Shown here: positions 9,935 to 19,541 of the stretch, in pieces | Numbering within the stretch: position 1 is the first letter of the stretch | How the letters are laid out: each line of letters begins with the position of its first letter | Origin: a virus | Direction: 5' to 3' (one strand) | Length of the DNA stretch: 64,000 bases | IMG/VR virus record: IMGVR_UViG_3300046328_000321 | Location: 32,001-96,000 of that record | The notes under the pieces: generated by a model | The model's database searches: none | What the model saw: the letters and a program-made list of their open reading frames with translations, nothing else | Told to the model about the DNA's origin: nothing | Program-made: the position numbers and the translations under genes

Positions 9935-10639
9935 ATGTATGATTATAAAAACCCAAGAGAACTATTGACCAAGGTCAGTGGTGTGATGGTAATCGATTTA
10001 GTTGACAAAATCCCATTATTAGAAGACTTTGTTCAAACCATCAAACCCTTGGAAGAAGGTATCTATGATGCAATAAGCAACAAACTGATTTTCTCTCCAA
10101 GTAAATACAGTTATGAAGATGTTGATTCTAAAGGTATCAGTAGATCTTTAAAGACATTAAAAGATTTTCAACAAGCCAAAGGTGTCATCCTTTCAAAGAA
10201 TTTCACTCAAAAGCCTGATAAAAAATCTTTAATCATCAGGAAAAATTTAACAAATAAACCGTTTACGGACACACGTCTTATCTCAGTAATTGAAAAAGTG
10301 ATTGACGATCATTTTTATAGACTTTGTCCTTATACGAAAACAACTTATAACAGTTTTAATATTGAAAATCTGATTCTGGATAAATATTCAGAAGATGAAA
10401 AAATATCTATCGCCGATGAAGTTCAATTTACATTGGCATCTGTTATGGAGCAAATTAATGAATTCATTGGACTCGACACTTGGCATTTCTATTTTACACA
10501 AAGACGTGGTAATGCTTTAGTCATCTCTAAAACAGTCGATTATCGTATTTATGATTGGTACAGAATGAAATGGGAAGCTGAAGGTAAAAGTATAGATGAA
10601 GAGGCAGAAGCTGATATCTTCAGTGTTTTGGCAGGATAA
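9935..10639 (+). CDS. Hypothetical protein
   Basis: 234-aa ORF in a tightly packed operon. Confidence 0.65.
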   Translation: MYDYKNPRELLTKVSGVMVIDLVDKIPLLEDFVQTIKPLEEGIYDAISNKLIFSPSKYSYEDVDSKGISRSLKTLKDFQQAKGVILSKNFTQKPDKKSLIIRKNLTNKPFTDTRLISVIEKVIDDHFYRLCPYTKTTYNSFNIENLILDKYSEDEKISIADEVQFTLASVMEQINEFIGLDTWHFYFTQRRGNALVISKTVDYRIYDWYRMKWEAEGKSIDEEAEADIFSVLAG

Positions 10640-11099
10640 TATGAATCAAATACTCTATACTGTAGATATGAGATCGGTGATAGAGTATTACAGAACAGTT
10701 AAAGAACTTCAAAAGGCGTACTCAGTGGTTACACTGAGTACGCTTATGGTTTTTATTTTAACTGTACCTGGTAATATGGATGATGAAGAATATTTTTGGC
10801 AAGTCATAGAACCCTATATTGTAGGAAGACCTGATGTATTTACAGATGAATTTATAATCGACGAACTGCAATTTTGGCTCGATGATTTAAAATTCTCTAT
10901 AGATCAGGAAGTTATTCGACAAACACCATATGGAGTAGACCCAGGTGAATCTTATTTCGTTCAATGGGTGGACCATACTACAGTTTTATTGAGATCTGTC
11001 ATATGTCTCCCGAATCAAAACTTAAACTTTATGTCTCGGACCTTAGCATCTCCGTTGACAATCTCGACTTACAATCATACACAGATGAATCTGATATGA
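10596..11099 (+). CDS. Hypothetical protein (true start likely 10641)
   Basis: Operon packing. Confidence 0.6.
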   Translation: MKRQKLISSVFWQDNMNQILYTVDMRSVIEYYRTVKELQKAYSVVTLSTLMVFILTVPGNMDDEEYFWQVIEPYIVGRPDVFTDEFIIDELQFWLDDLKFSIDQEVIRQTPYGVDPGESYFVQWVDHTTVLLRSVICLPNQNLNFMSRTLASPLTISTYNHTQMNLI

Positions 11100-11377
11100 C
11101 TAATGATGACTGGATAAAACTTATTTGGTTATGTCTTATTAGAAACAGAGAATTGATTTTAAAAGATACCTCTCATAAATCTCTACCTACCATTAACACA
11201 ATCCAGAAAATTCTAAACGGTTTTACCATTAAAGACTGTAGTTTAGACTTCGCTGAGGCCTATGATCAATTATATCAGATAGTCAAGACCCGCATCATAC
11301 AAGCTAAAATAGACCCTAAAAAGATCAGAGGTATGACCATGACATCACCCAACAATCTTTACATATACCATGTCTAA
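10964..11377 (+). CDS. Hypothetical protein
   Basis: Operon packing; start uncertain. Confidence 0.55.
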   Translation: MGGPYYSFIEICHMSPESKLKLYVSDLSISVDNLDLQSYTDESDMTNDDWIKLIWLCLIRNRELILKDTSHKSLPTINTIQKILNGFTIKDCSLDFAEAYDQLYQIVKTRIIQAKIDPKKIRGMTMTSPNNLYIYHV

Positions 11378-11822
11378 GCAAAGTGTAGTTGTCTTGGTGG
11401 GTATAAATGATAACTTAGGACAGATATTACAAAGCCATATAACAGAAATGTTATACATGTTACTCGGTAACACATTTCCCAGATACATTTTAAATGAAAC
11501 TTGTAGAGAAACTTATAGAAATCTAGTTAAGCAAATTATTGATAATACATCCGATGATTATTCTGATTTTTGTTTAAACTTATTGTCTTTACCAAATTTC
11601 AATGGACTTCCTTACGTCCATGGAGAACATCATCCGTTTGCTTACTGTGATGAGAAACATATGGCTGGACTTAATTTTGCCATAAGGCAATTAGGTACTT
11701 CTCTATTCTTTTCTATTGCTAAAAACAAACCTTCTGGTATGTATTTGAATAATATCAACTACATAGATACTGATACCATTGGTCTGCTCTACAAACAAAT
11801 GGTTGTGGAGTCCGTACTCTGA
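11370..11822 (+). CDS. Hypothetical protein
   Basis: Overlapping start/stop coupling. Confidence 0.6.
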   Translation: MSKQSVVVLVGINDNLGQILQSHITEMLYMLLGNTFPRYILNETCRETYRNLVKQIIDNTSDDYSDFCLNLLSLPNFNGLPYVHGEHHPFAYCDEKHMAGLNFAIRQLGTSLFFSIAKNKPSGMYLNNINYIDTDTIGLLYKQMVVESVL

Positions 11823-11832
11823 AAGCAACAAA

Positions 11833-12231
11833 ATGGATTTTCAACTCAATAAAGTTTATAGCTTTGTCACACGAGCACCTAGTCTTTTAGGCGCTTCTAT
11901 CATTAATGCCAAGTTGGTCGGTATCATGATAGCAGAGACAGCACGAAAAACTCATAACGTGGATATGCAATATCGTAAGATATTTCCATTACTTCCACCA
12001 AATACACCTGACGATATTGAAAGTTGTGTGTTCTATGAATTCATAGGACAGTCTGGTGATCGTGTTATTTACGCTGACCAATGGATCGATATGACCAGCG
12101 TGGAGATCGTTGACCATATTCGTATTGTGACTACTGTTGTCAATGCATCTTTGAACGATGTTGGTCGCATTCGTGATGTCCTTAATGCCATGGGGTATCG
12201 TGACTTCACAGTAGAAGTCACAACACCATAG
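11833..12231 (+). CDS. Conserved phiKZ-like hypothetical protein
   Basis: MDFQLNKVYSF start; ends the operon. Confidence 0.6.
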   Translation: MDFQLNKVYSFVTRAPSLLGASIINAKLVGIMIAETARKTHNVDMQYRKIFPLLPPNTPDDIESCVFYEFIGQSGDRVIYADQWIDMTSVEIVDHIRIVTTVVNASLNDVGRIRDVLNAMGYRDFTVEVTTP

Positions 12232-12267
12232 TAGTAATATCATTTATTTAAACATATTGAAATTATA

Positions 12268-12669
12268 ATGCCTTATTTTAAAGACTCATATGCAGATATA
12301 GGTCGTGATGAGTTGGTGCTCACACCAGAACCTATTGCCGGTTATATTGTTAATAAATTTGATAAAAATAAATTTACATATTTAATAATGTCAACCGGAC
12401 TTATTTATGTGCGTGAAATAGATATTAATTTGAAACCACACGTAGGTTGGGTGTATCTTCATGAGTCTTGTATCAATGAAATTTTTCCTAATGATAGACC
12501 CTATGTTTTGTTTGATATAGAATGTGTCAATCTAATTAACCATTACAGAGATGGACTTAGTATAAATAGCATGAATTTTCAAAAATTTTATCAGCAGCTT
12601 TTTAATAAATATGGAGTTCAAAAGCTCCATGAAGATTTTTTTGATAATTTTAACATTTTATCTTTTTAA
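12268..12669 (+). CDS. Hypothetical protein
   Basis: 133-aa ORF. Confidence 0.55.
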   Translation: MPYFKDSYADIGRDELVLTPEPIAGYIVNKFDKNKFTYLIMSTGLIYVREIDINLKPHVGWVYLHESCINEIFPNDRPYVLFDIECVNLINHYRDGLSINSMNFQKFYQQLFNKYGVQKLHEDFFDNFNILSF

Positions 12670-12670
12670 T

Positions 12671-13030
12671 ATGAAGCACATAGACAACTGGTTAGACTCA
12701 CCACCTTTTCAACAATCAGAAAATATAATCTATGCAAAATGGGTTATTAACTATTTTAGATTACCAGCTGGTTTAAAAATACAGTTTAATAAGTTCATGA
12801 TTGGATTTCATCTTTTTGCAGAATGGAAAGGAAACGTTTATCGAGTCACAGGTGCTTCTCGTATGGGTGATGTTTGGTTATCTGAGGACTTTAATCGTGA
12901 AAACGGTTACGATCTTCGTGTGGAAGTAAGTGAGCTAACCAACTGGTCTAATAAACCAGATGGTTCTTACGATCCGAATCTTTTTCCTACAAAGCCGTCT
13001 TATGATACGAGTCAGATGGTCACGGCATGA
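12671..13030 (+). CDS. Hypothetical phage protein
   Basis: YRVTGASRMGDVWL segment; start MKHID follows the upstream stop. Confidence 0.6.
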   Translation: MKHIDNWLDSPPFQQSENIIYAKWVINYFRLPAGLKIQFNKFMIGFHLFAEWKGNVYRVTGASRMGDVWLSEDFNRENGYDLRVEVSELTNWSNKPDGSYDPNLFPTKPSYDTSQMVTA

Positions 13031-13385
13031 AGGTTATGAGGTAAGTTCTAAAGGTGATAAAAGATTCTCTGCTTTAAACGCCATCTTACCAGAAGGTAGA
13101 AGTATAGAGCAGATTTATCAGCTTGACTGTAAAGGCTTTGACCCCGGTGGTACAAATTGGAGACTGGGAAAAGGAAAATCTCCTCTTAATCCTGATATCG
13201 ATTTGTACAGAGCTTACCTAGATCTTTGGAAGTGTTGGACGCTTCACAACTTCGATCTTATCTGTGAGTTGAACAGACTTGCTTATGAGAATAACAATTG
13301 CTTGAGAGACAGATTCGCTTCCACGGATATTAATCAGGCAAGAGCTTTAGCAGAAATACCGACCATACTGAGAAACAGGTCTTAA
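12960..13385 (+). CDS. Conserved phage hypothetical protein (YEVSSKGDKRFSA type)
   Basis: YEVSSKGDKRFSA...SIEQIYQ...KG pattern; true start probably ~13002. Confidence 0.55.
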   Translation: MVLTIRIFFLQSRLMIRVRWSRHEGYEVSSKGDKRFSALNAILPEGRSIEQIYQLDCKGFDPGGTNWRLGKGKSPLNPDIDLYRAYLDLWKCWTLHNFDLICELNRLAYENNNCLRDRFASTDINQARALAEIPTILRNRS

Positions 13386-13401
13386 CTCAAGGAATAGTAA
13401 A

Positions 13402-14058
13402 ATGATTAAATCAGACAAATGGATTCGTGAAGAATCTCTTCTTCGTGATATGATTGTTCCATTCTACATGGAAAGTATCAACAAAATCACAGTACATGGT
13501 GAAGAAAAGAAAATACCCAGCTATGGACTATCCTCTTATGGATACGATGTAAGATTGGGTGGTAATTTCACATTCTTCCGTGGTCCGCGTGAGCAGATTG
13601 TTCGTAATAGTTCTTACGACGGTGACGGACTTCCTGTTAACACAGTGGTTCCAGCAGGTACCCATGATGGTTTTATCGATATTGCTGATTTCACAAACAC
13701 CTGTGAAATCACAATGATTGAAAACGTTGCTTGGATCGAATTACCTCCCAAGAGTTTTTGTTTAGGACACACTCTTGAGCGTATAAGAATGTTACGCAAC
13801 GTAACGGCAATTTGTATGGGTAAATCTACAATAGCTCGTGCCGGCATCATCGTAACTGTAACACCTATTGAATCTGAATGGTCTGGATTTATAACATTGG
13901 AGATAGCTAATACCACAGATATCCCAGTACGTATTTATACCGGTATGGGTATTACTCAACTTCAATTTTTCCAATCGGACGAAGATTGTCTGGTGAGTTA
14001 CGCTGATCGTAATGGTAAATATCAGAATCAATTAGCTGTTCCTGTAACAGCTATATGA
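13402..14058 (+). CDS. dcd: dCTP deaminase
   Basis: SYGLSSYGYDVRL, GKSTIARAG, PIESEWSGFITLE, YADRNGKYQNQ. Confidence 0.95.
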   Translation: MIKSDKWIREESLLRDMIVPFYMESINKITVHGEEKKIPSYGLSSYGYDVRLGGNFTFFRGPREQIVRNSSYDGDGLPVNTVVPAGTHDGFIDIADFTNTCEITMIENVAWIELPPKSFCLGHTLERIRMLRNVTAICMGKSTIARAGIIVTVTPIESEWSGFITLEIANTTDIPVRIYTGMGITQLQFFQSDEDCLVSYADRNGKYQNQLAVPVTAI

Positions 14059-14163
14059 ACATAAACATTCCTTTTATAACATATTTCAACCACTTATACT
14101 TTATTTGGGTTATTACAGTTTAAACTGATGTATCTGTCAGTACTGTTAATTAAGGAGATGAAG

Positions 14164-14790
14164 ATGACTATCGTTACTAATGAAGAATGTACCTTTCATT
14201 ATAATGAAAAGAATGAGCTCCATCGTGAAGATGGACCTGCCATCGAAGATACAGATGGTTATAAAGCATGGTGGGTTAACGGTAAACGACACCGGACCAA
14301 TGGACCTGCTATCGAAGGTGCGGATGGTAGTAAGTCATGGTGGGTTAATGATCAACGCCATCGTACAGATGGACCTGCTGTGGAATATGTAAATGGTGAT
14401 AAACTATGGTTTGTTAATGATCAGCGCCATCGTGTGGATGGTCCCGCTGTCGAATATAACAATGGTTATAAAGCCTGGTATGTCGATGGTCAGCGTCATC
14501 GTGTGGATGGTCCCGCTGTCGAAGAAGCAGATGGTGGTAAAGTATGGTATCTGTATGGTCAACGACATCGTGAAGATGAACCTGCTGCAGAAGGTGCCAA
14601 TGGTAGTAAGTCATGGTGGGTTAACGGTCAACGACACCGGATCGACGGTCCTGCTGTAGAGCGAATAGACGGCCATAAAGAATGGTTCGTTAACGGTGAA
14701 CCCCATCGTGTAGATGGTCCCGCCATCGAATACCCAGATGGTACTAAAGAATACTGGCTCCATGGTGTTAAACAGGATCCACCTGTTTAA
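14164..14790 (+). CDS. HRxDGPA-repeat protein, copy D (8 repeats)
   Basis: Leader nearly identical to copy A; KQDPPV end; cassette terminator ~14800-14837. Confidence 0.9.
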   Translation: MTIVTNEECTFHYNEKNELHREDGPAIEDTDGYKAWWVNGKRHRTNGPAIEGADGSKSWWVNDQRHRTDGPAVEYVNGDKLWFVNDQRHRVDGPAVEYNNGYKAWYVDGQRHRVDGPAVEEADGGKVWYLYGQRHREDEPAAEGANGSKSWWVNGQRHRIDGPAVERIDGHKEWFVNGEPHRVDGPAIEYPDGTKEYWLHGVKQDPPV

Positions 14791-14841
14791 CTGATAGATA
14801 TATACACAGCCTGATAAGCTGTGTATATATTTTTTTTACCT

Positions 14842-14880
14842 TTTGTAAACTATTTCAGTCACATATATTCTATTTGAGCT
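14842..14880 (+). promoter_or_regulatory. Recurrent phage promoter motif TTGTAA-N15-TATA(C/T)T-N-TTGA (representative copy)
   Basis: Core motif recurs upstream of plus-strand units at ~135, 845, 1405, 9510, 14095, 16880, 17300, 19020, 24683, 26080, 35678, 36118, 36342, 41126, 53202, 58063. Confidence 0.7.
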
Positions 14881-14928
14881 GTGGTTTAACTTAACATTTA
14901 GTTGAGACTATTAGTTCAAGGAGTTATC

Positions 14929-14985
14929 ATGGAAGCATATGAAATCATTTTAACCGAAGAAGAGTGGAATTTCTTCTTCGGTTAA
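14929..14985 (+). CDS. 18-aa acidic/aromatic micropeptide MEAYEIILTEEEWNFFFG
   Basis: Own promoter motif (~14842-14880), AAGGAG RBS and terminator hairpin aggagaggtc/gacctctcct; not in the ORF track. Confidence 0.65.
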   Translation: MEAYEIILTEEEWNFFFG

Positions 14986-15092
14986 AAGGAGAGGTCTTTA
15001 CGACCTCTCCTTTTTTATAATCAATCATTTGAACATACTTTATTTTTTTTTTGTAAAGTATGTTTACCTATCATTCTAAGTCGGATAGTTAA

Positions 15093-15515
15093 ATGAAAGA
15101 ACATGATTTTGTCAAAGTTTTAGTCTTAAGTACTTTCAATAATCAATTTGGAAAACATTTAAATGATAATGATTTTAATATAATTTGCATCCCTAAGAAA
15201 CAAGATTTTCCCATAGCCTTTGAAATTTATACGAATCGAACAGATGATTTTCTTCGTCTGAGAGTTTATTTACAAATTGGTAAATCTGATTACTTGCAAA
15301 CTTTTAAACTTGAAGTTAATCCACCATTTCATAATTCAACTGTTGAAGATGAAGTATGGGTGACTTTAGGAAGTATCGATGTCTATCATTTAGAATCCAG
15401 ATATTTAAAAGAAGAGTACCTTTACAATTGTCCAGAACAAACATCGTCAATTATCCTCACTGAAGATGGATTTCCTATCCTTTCTGAGGATGGATCCTAT
15501 GTTCTGACAGAATAG
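15093..15515 (+). CDS. Hypothetical, probable virion protein
   Basis: C-terminal ILTEDG/ILSEDG repeats typical of tail-associated proteins. Confidence 0.55.
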   Translation: MKEHDFVKVLVLSTFNNQFGKHLNDNDFNIICIPKKQDFPIAFEIYTNRTDDFLRLRVYLQIGKSDYLQTFKLEVNPPFHNSTVEDEVWVTLGSIDVYHLESRYLKEEYLYNCPEQTSSIILTEDGFPILSEDGSYVLTE

Positions 15516-15605
15516 TAATACAATATATAATTCGTCAAATCTAAAACACATCCGGATAGATGGGAATCCTATGATAATATTTTACATTACGGCAAGGGTG
15601 TTATT

Positions 15606-16175
15606 ATGAGTTCAAGAAAAATAAGTGATATGTTACTATTACCCACACCGATGGGTCTAGAACAAACAGTAGTTGCTGTAAATGGTGTTAACTACCGTGT
15701 TACACTAAACGCTATTAAATCACTGGTAACAAAAGCGGATCTAGGATTAGGGAATGTCGACAACACAAGTGACATGGGTAAACCTATATCCACACTTATG
15801 TTAACTGCTTTAAATAATAAATCAGATACTTCGCATTCACATTCAATATCTGATGTAGTGGGTTTAATACAGTATATAACAGACCAACTGTCTATTCTAG
15901 CTGCATCTATGGCAAGTCTAGGACATACACATCAAGTATCAGATATTTTAGATTTAGTAAACCAGTTAAATAATAAAGTCAACATAAATGACTTAACAGC
16001 AATATCTATTTCCATAGATAATCTAAATACTGCTTTGTTAAATAAAACAAATATAGGACATTCACATACATCTAATGATATCTCAGACTTTGTTACCGAA
16101 GTCCAAAACATCGTCAATGCTATGGGGTTCGGAACACTGTTAAATGTCGTTACGATTGGTGACATACAGTGGTAA
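15606..16175 (+). CDS. Tail fibre-like protein
   Basis: GLGNVDNTSD plus three HxHxxxD(I/V) repeats. Confidence 0.7.
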   Translation: MSSRKISDMLLLPTPMGLEQTVVAVNGVNYRVTLNAIKSLVTKADLGLGNVDNTSDMGKPISTLMLTALNNKSDTSHSHSISDVVGLIQYITDQLSILAASMASLGHTHQVSDILDLVNQLNNKVNINDLTAISISIDNLNTALLNKTNIGHSHTSNDISDFVTEVQNIVNAMGFGTLLNVVTIGDIQW

Positions 16176-16227
16176 ATTTAATCCACTCACGATATTTTAT
16201 TCTTTCATAATTCCGTAGGAGTTAAGC

Positions 16228-16800
16228 ATGGCACAATTAAAGATTTCTAAGGTCACAAGTCTTCCAGGCACTTTTGATCCATCGACCCTTTATCTGGTTT
16301 CAGATGCGGTTCGCACAGATGATGTCAACATCTATGTTTCTAACAGTGCTGGTACTGCTGTCAAGCATGTGCCAACCTTTGCCGAATTAGAAACAATGGT
16401 AGATACCAAGATAGCTGCTGGTATTTCAGCCGCCTCAGCTTTACGAGTCGTTGCAGATATTACTGCTCGTAATGCATTGAATCCAACGGTCACTACTTTG
16501 GCACTTGTGTTGGACGCCACTGATGATATTTCGGTAACATCCGGTGCCGCTACTTATGTCTTCACAAATAATGGTGAAGATCCATGGACGAAGATCACTG
16601 AATATGAATCGCTCGATGTTGCAATTCAGTGGGACAATATTCTTTACAAACCAGCATCTACTGTTACAGATATAGATGATGCTGTCACCAAGCGTCACAC
16701 ACATACCAATAAAGCTGTATTAGATTTATTGACGTTCACTACCGTACTTGAATACAATGGTCAACCTGTTGTACCTCAACTGGTCGCTGAGCAATGGTGA
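16228..16800 (+). CDS. Tail fibre-associated virion protein
   Basis: KVTSLP..PSTLYLV N-terminus, VADITARNAL, DDAVTKRHTHTN. Confidence 0.65.
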   Translation: MAQLKISKVTSLPGTFDPSTLYLVSDAVRTDDVNIYVSNSAGTAVKHVPTFAELETMVDTKIAAGISAASALRVVADITARNALNPTVTTLALVLDATDDISVTSGAATYVFTNNGEDPWTKITEYESLDVAIQWDNILYKPASTVTDIDDAVTKRHTHTNKAVLDLLTFTTVLEYNGQPVVPQLVAEQW

Positions 16801-16976
16801 TCATAATAATTTAAATTTAACATAGATAGAGCCATATGGCTCTATCTATGTTTATTATGTTTGTAAATTATTTCAGTCACATATACTTCACTTGAGCTAT
16901 ACTCTAGTTCAATCGAGATTAACTCGATAGCCTATAGACAGTTGGGTTTTATTTACTGTCATTGAGGAGACGAGAC

Positions 16977-17228
16977 ATGGTGGTAACAACCTCAACTCAG
17001 TTACAGACTGAGGCAACAGCATTGGCCAAAGAGCTAATGATAGTGGCAAGGAGGATTGTGAACATGTTTGAAAAGTTATCAAAAGACAAACGCTACGATG
17101 CAATTGTCATTGAAGACTTTCATCGAAGTCTCAAAGCTGACCCATCGATCATGGGTCAGCTAAAGGCTATTGACATTATCATCGATGTCAGTTACATCGA
17201 TGAGATGGAAAAACTGATTAATCAGTAG
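16977..17228 (+). CDS. Small hypothetical protein in its own expression unit
   Basis: Promoter motif 16861-16900, GAGGAG RBS, terminator ~17237-17274. Confidence 0.7.
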   Translation: MVVTTSTQLQTEATALAKELMIVARRIVNMFEKLSKDKRYDAIVIEDFHRSLKADPSIMGQLKAIDIIIDVSYIDEMEKLINQ

Positions 17229-17350
17229 CCTGAATAAAATCCCCTAAGTCAAAAGCTTAGGGGATTTTTTTTTTCAACACCTTGCTATAATTTTTTGGTC
17301 ATATAAATTTTACTTGACTTATTGTGCCATCTCACCTAAAGGAAAGTATC

Positions 17351-17779
17351 ATGTCAATAACCGATAAAGTAAAATCGTTGCAAACAATTGTGGATTCTCA
17401 GTTTGTTAAGACACTTTGTCTTATGGAACATGAGGATGTGTTAGAACTGGTAAATGAACATAGTTTTAATAATGAATTTAAACAAGCCATTCTTGCTATG
17501 GATGCAGCAATCCATGCAGTATTATGGTCTCGTGGTACTTATGATGCTCTGACCATATCTCATTTTAATCAAATTCAATCTGATAAGAATATAAAACTAG
17601 CGATGAGGAATGTATCTGTAACAGATGCATTCATGGAACGAAACCGTGAGAAGTTAAATTCAGCTCCTTCTCATGTTGCTCGCTGGCAAATTATTCTTGA
17701 ATCTGAATTTAATAACGTTGTGTTGATGGATCGTACCGTTGCTATTATTTTGAAAGGTGAAAAAAATGGTAAAAGGTAA
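17351..17779 (+). CDS. Hypothetical protein
   Basis: AAGGA RBS before MSITDK. Confidence 0.6.
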   Translation: MSITDKVKSLQTIVDSQFVKTLCLMEHEDVLELVNEHSFNNEFKQAILAMDAAIHAVLWSRGTYDALTISHFNQIQSDKNIKLAMRNVSVTDAFMERNREKLNSAPSHVARWQIILESEFNNVVLMDRTVAIILKGEKNGKR

Positions 17780-18488
17780 ATTAATCGTTATAGAGGGTGT
17801 GGACGGTGTGGGTAAAAACACACAAGCTAAATTCATGACAACCTTGTTATCAGAGATAGTTCCTGTAAGGTTTTTCTCATTTCCTCAATACCATACAGAA
17901 ACTGGATTAGAGATTTCAAAATATCTTAACGGCAAAGCATCTGATCTTACAAGAATGCAAATTGCTGAACTCTATGCTAATGACAGGTTAGCTGTAAGAG
18001 ATGAAATCAATGAATGTCTTGACAAAGGTATTTTTGTAATATGTGATCGATACGTCATGTCTAACATAGCGTTTCAATCATCTTGGTATCTTAGCCGTGA
18101 TGGAGCTGGTGAGGAACAAGTCAAACTAGCTCAGAAAATAATTAACGATATTGATGAGTTAGAATATCAGCAAAATCAAATGCCTGTTCCTGATTTGACA
18201 TTGAGTTTGATTCTACCTGTAGATGTAACTATGGTTAGGGTTACAGGTAAAGATAGACGAGAATACACAGATGCAATTCAAGATATTCACGAAGTAGATG
18301 TGAAGTTACAAACACATGCTGCTGATTTTTTCAGTAAGATGGCTAACATGGGATTTTCAGAAACAATTAAAGTGATCAATTGTTGGAATTTTGTTAAAAA
18401 AGAACAATATTCTAAACAAGAGATTCATGAGAAAATTTGGTTTCCAAATGTTGTCAACCTCATTAAGAGTGTACGCGGGGATCGGTAA
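17766..18488 (+). CDS. tmk: Thymidylate kinase
   Basis: P-loop IEGVDGVGKNTQ, SFPQY, ICDRYVMSN, PDL. Confidence 0.92.
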   Translation: MVKGKLIVIEGVDGVGKNTQAKFMTTLLSEIVPVRFFSFPQYHTETGLEISKYLNGKASDLTRMQIAELYANDRLAVRDEINECLDKGIFVICDRYVMSNIAFQSSWYLSRDGAGEEQVKLAQKIINDIDELEYQQNQMPVPDLTLSLILPVDVTMVRVTGKDRREYTDAIQDIHEVDVKLQTHAADFFSKMANMGFSETIKVINCWNFVKKEQYSKQEIHEKIWFPNVVNLIKSVRGDR

Positions 18489-18993
18489 CAGAGATACACC
18501 TGAGTTCTACCTGAATAGAATGCGTAAAATAGCAACCCTTCTAGAGTTGCGAGGTTATGTGTTGCGATCAGGTGGGGCAGATGGAGCAGACTCTGCTTTC
18601 TACGAAGGTCTGTCAGACAAAGCCAACGCTGAGATATATTTGCCATGGGATGGTTATAATGGTCATTCCCATAAAGCATGTATCCCAGCGGAAGCTTACA
18701 GATTGGTGGAAAATCTGGTGCCAGACTTTCAATACAGATCACAAGCTGTACAACATCTGTTTGCCGGAAATGCGCAACAGATATTGGGTAAAGATCTGGA
18801 TTCACCTTCTGAATTTGTGATCTGTTATACCAGAGATGGTTATACAGGTCCTCACGACAGGAGCTTCAGGACAGGTGGTACCAAGATAGCCATAGACTTA
18901 GCAGTCAGTATAGGTATACCTGTGTTTAATATAAAAAGGATAGATCATCATAATACAGTGGTGAACTACTTCAACGATGATCACCTCCTTTAA
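18448..18993 (+). CDS. DprA/Smf-like (SLOG superfamily) protein
   Basis: YAGIGNRDTP, LRSGGADGADSAF, GGTKIAI motifs. Confidence 0.7.
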   Translation: MLSTSLRVYAGIGNRDTPEFYLNRMRKIATLLELRGYVLRSGGADGADSAFYEGLSDKANAEIYLPWDGYNGHSHKACIPAEAYRLVENLVPDFQYRSQAVQHLFAGNAQQILGKDLDSPSEFVICYTRDGYTGPHDRSFRTGGTKIAIDLAVSIGIPVFNIKRIDHHNTVVNYFNDDHLL

Positions 18994-19084
18994 ATCCCCT
19001 TTGTAAAAATACATAGTCATATATACTATACTTGACAATTGGGTCAATTTTTAATTGATACGGTTATTAAATGAGTGAAAACTT

Positions 19085-19157
19085 AGTCGTAATTCTCTGA
19101 TGAGTTCTGCGACTTTAAATAAAAGAACGAAACACCGTCCACAAGACGGTGTAAGAA
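19085..19157 (+). ncRNA. Type I hammerhead ribozyme
   Basis: CUGAUGA 19097-19103; stem II GUUCU/AGAAC; GAAA 19129-19132; stem III CACCGUC/GACGGUG; GUA cleavage triplet ending 19153; stem I UUCU/AGAA. Confidence 0.9.
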
Positions 19158-19480
19158 ATGTGTTAGCTTACGGTGATTACACACCATAAATCTTATTGGC
19201 TTATGGTCTAGCTGATGTTCTAACCAAACGTCAAACCGTGTGTCTATAGTTAGTTTCGCGAAAGAATACCCTTGGTCGGGATCTTAGCGCCGCTTCTATA
19301 GAAAGTTGTAAACTCTGGACTTGATCGCTCTAGAGAGCAGCCTATCATCCATTCGTATCTAATATGAGTGGATTTTAGAGTGCTATAAGATCTTACCGAC
19401 TATCAATCTACAGAACAATGTCAGCAGTTTATTCTGCGAAAATGACTTTGGTTCTTGATTGATAGTCGGTATTTTTTTTT
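19154..19480 (+). ncRNA. Unknown structured ncRNA released by the hammerhead
   Basis: ORF-free; several helices; closing 14-bp stem 19395-19408/19457-19470 followed by T-tract. Confidence 0.65.
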
Positions 19481-19541
19481 TTCTTTGGAAATATAAATAG
19501 TACCATACGGAGCATCTGCTCCGTATGGTACTTTATTATGT

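Noticed and set aside
19154-19480. tmRNA, RNase P RNA or group I intron identity for the ncRNA
   Set aside because: No tRNA-like ends, T-loop, RNase P P4 consensus or P/Q/R/S elements seen
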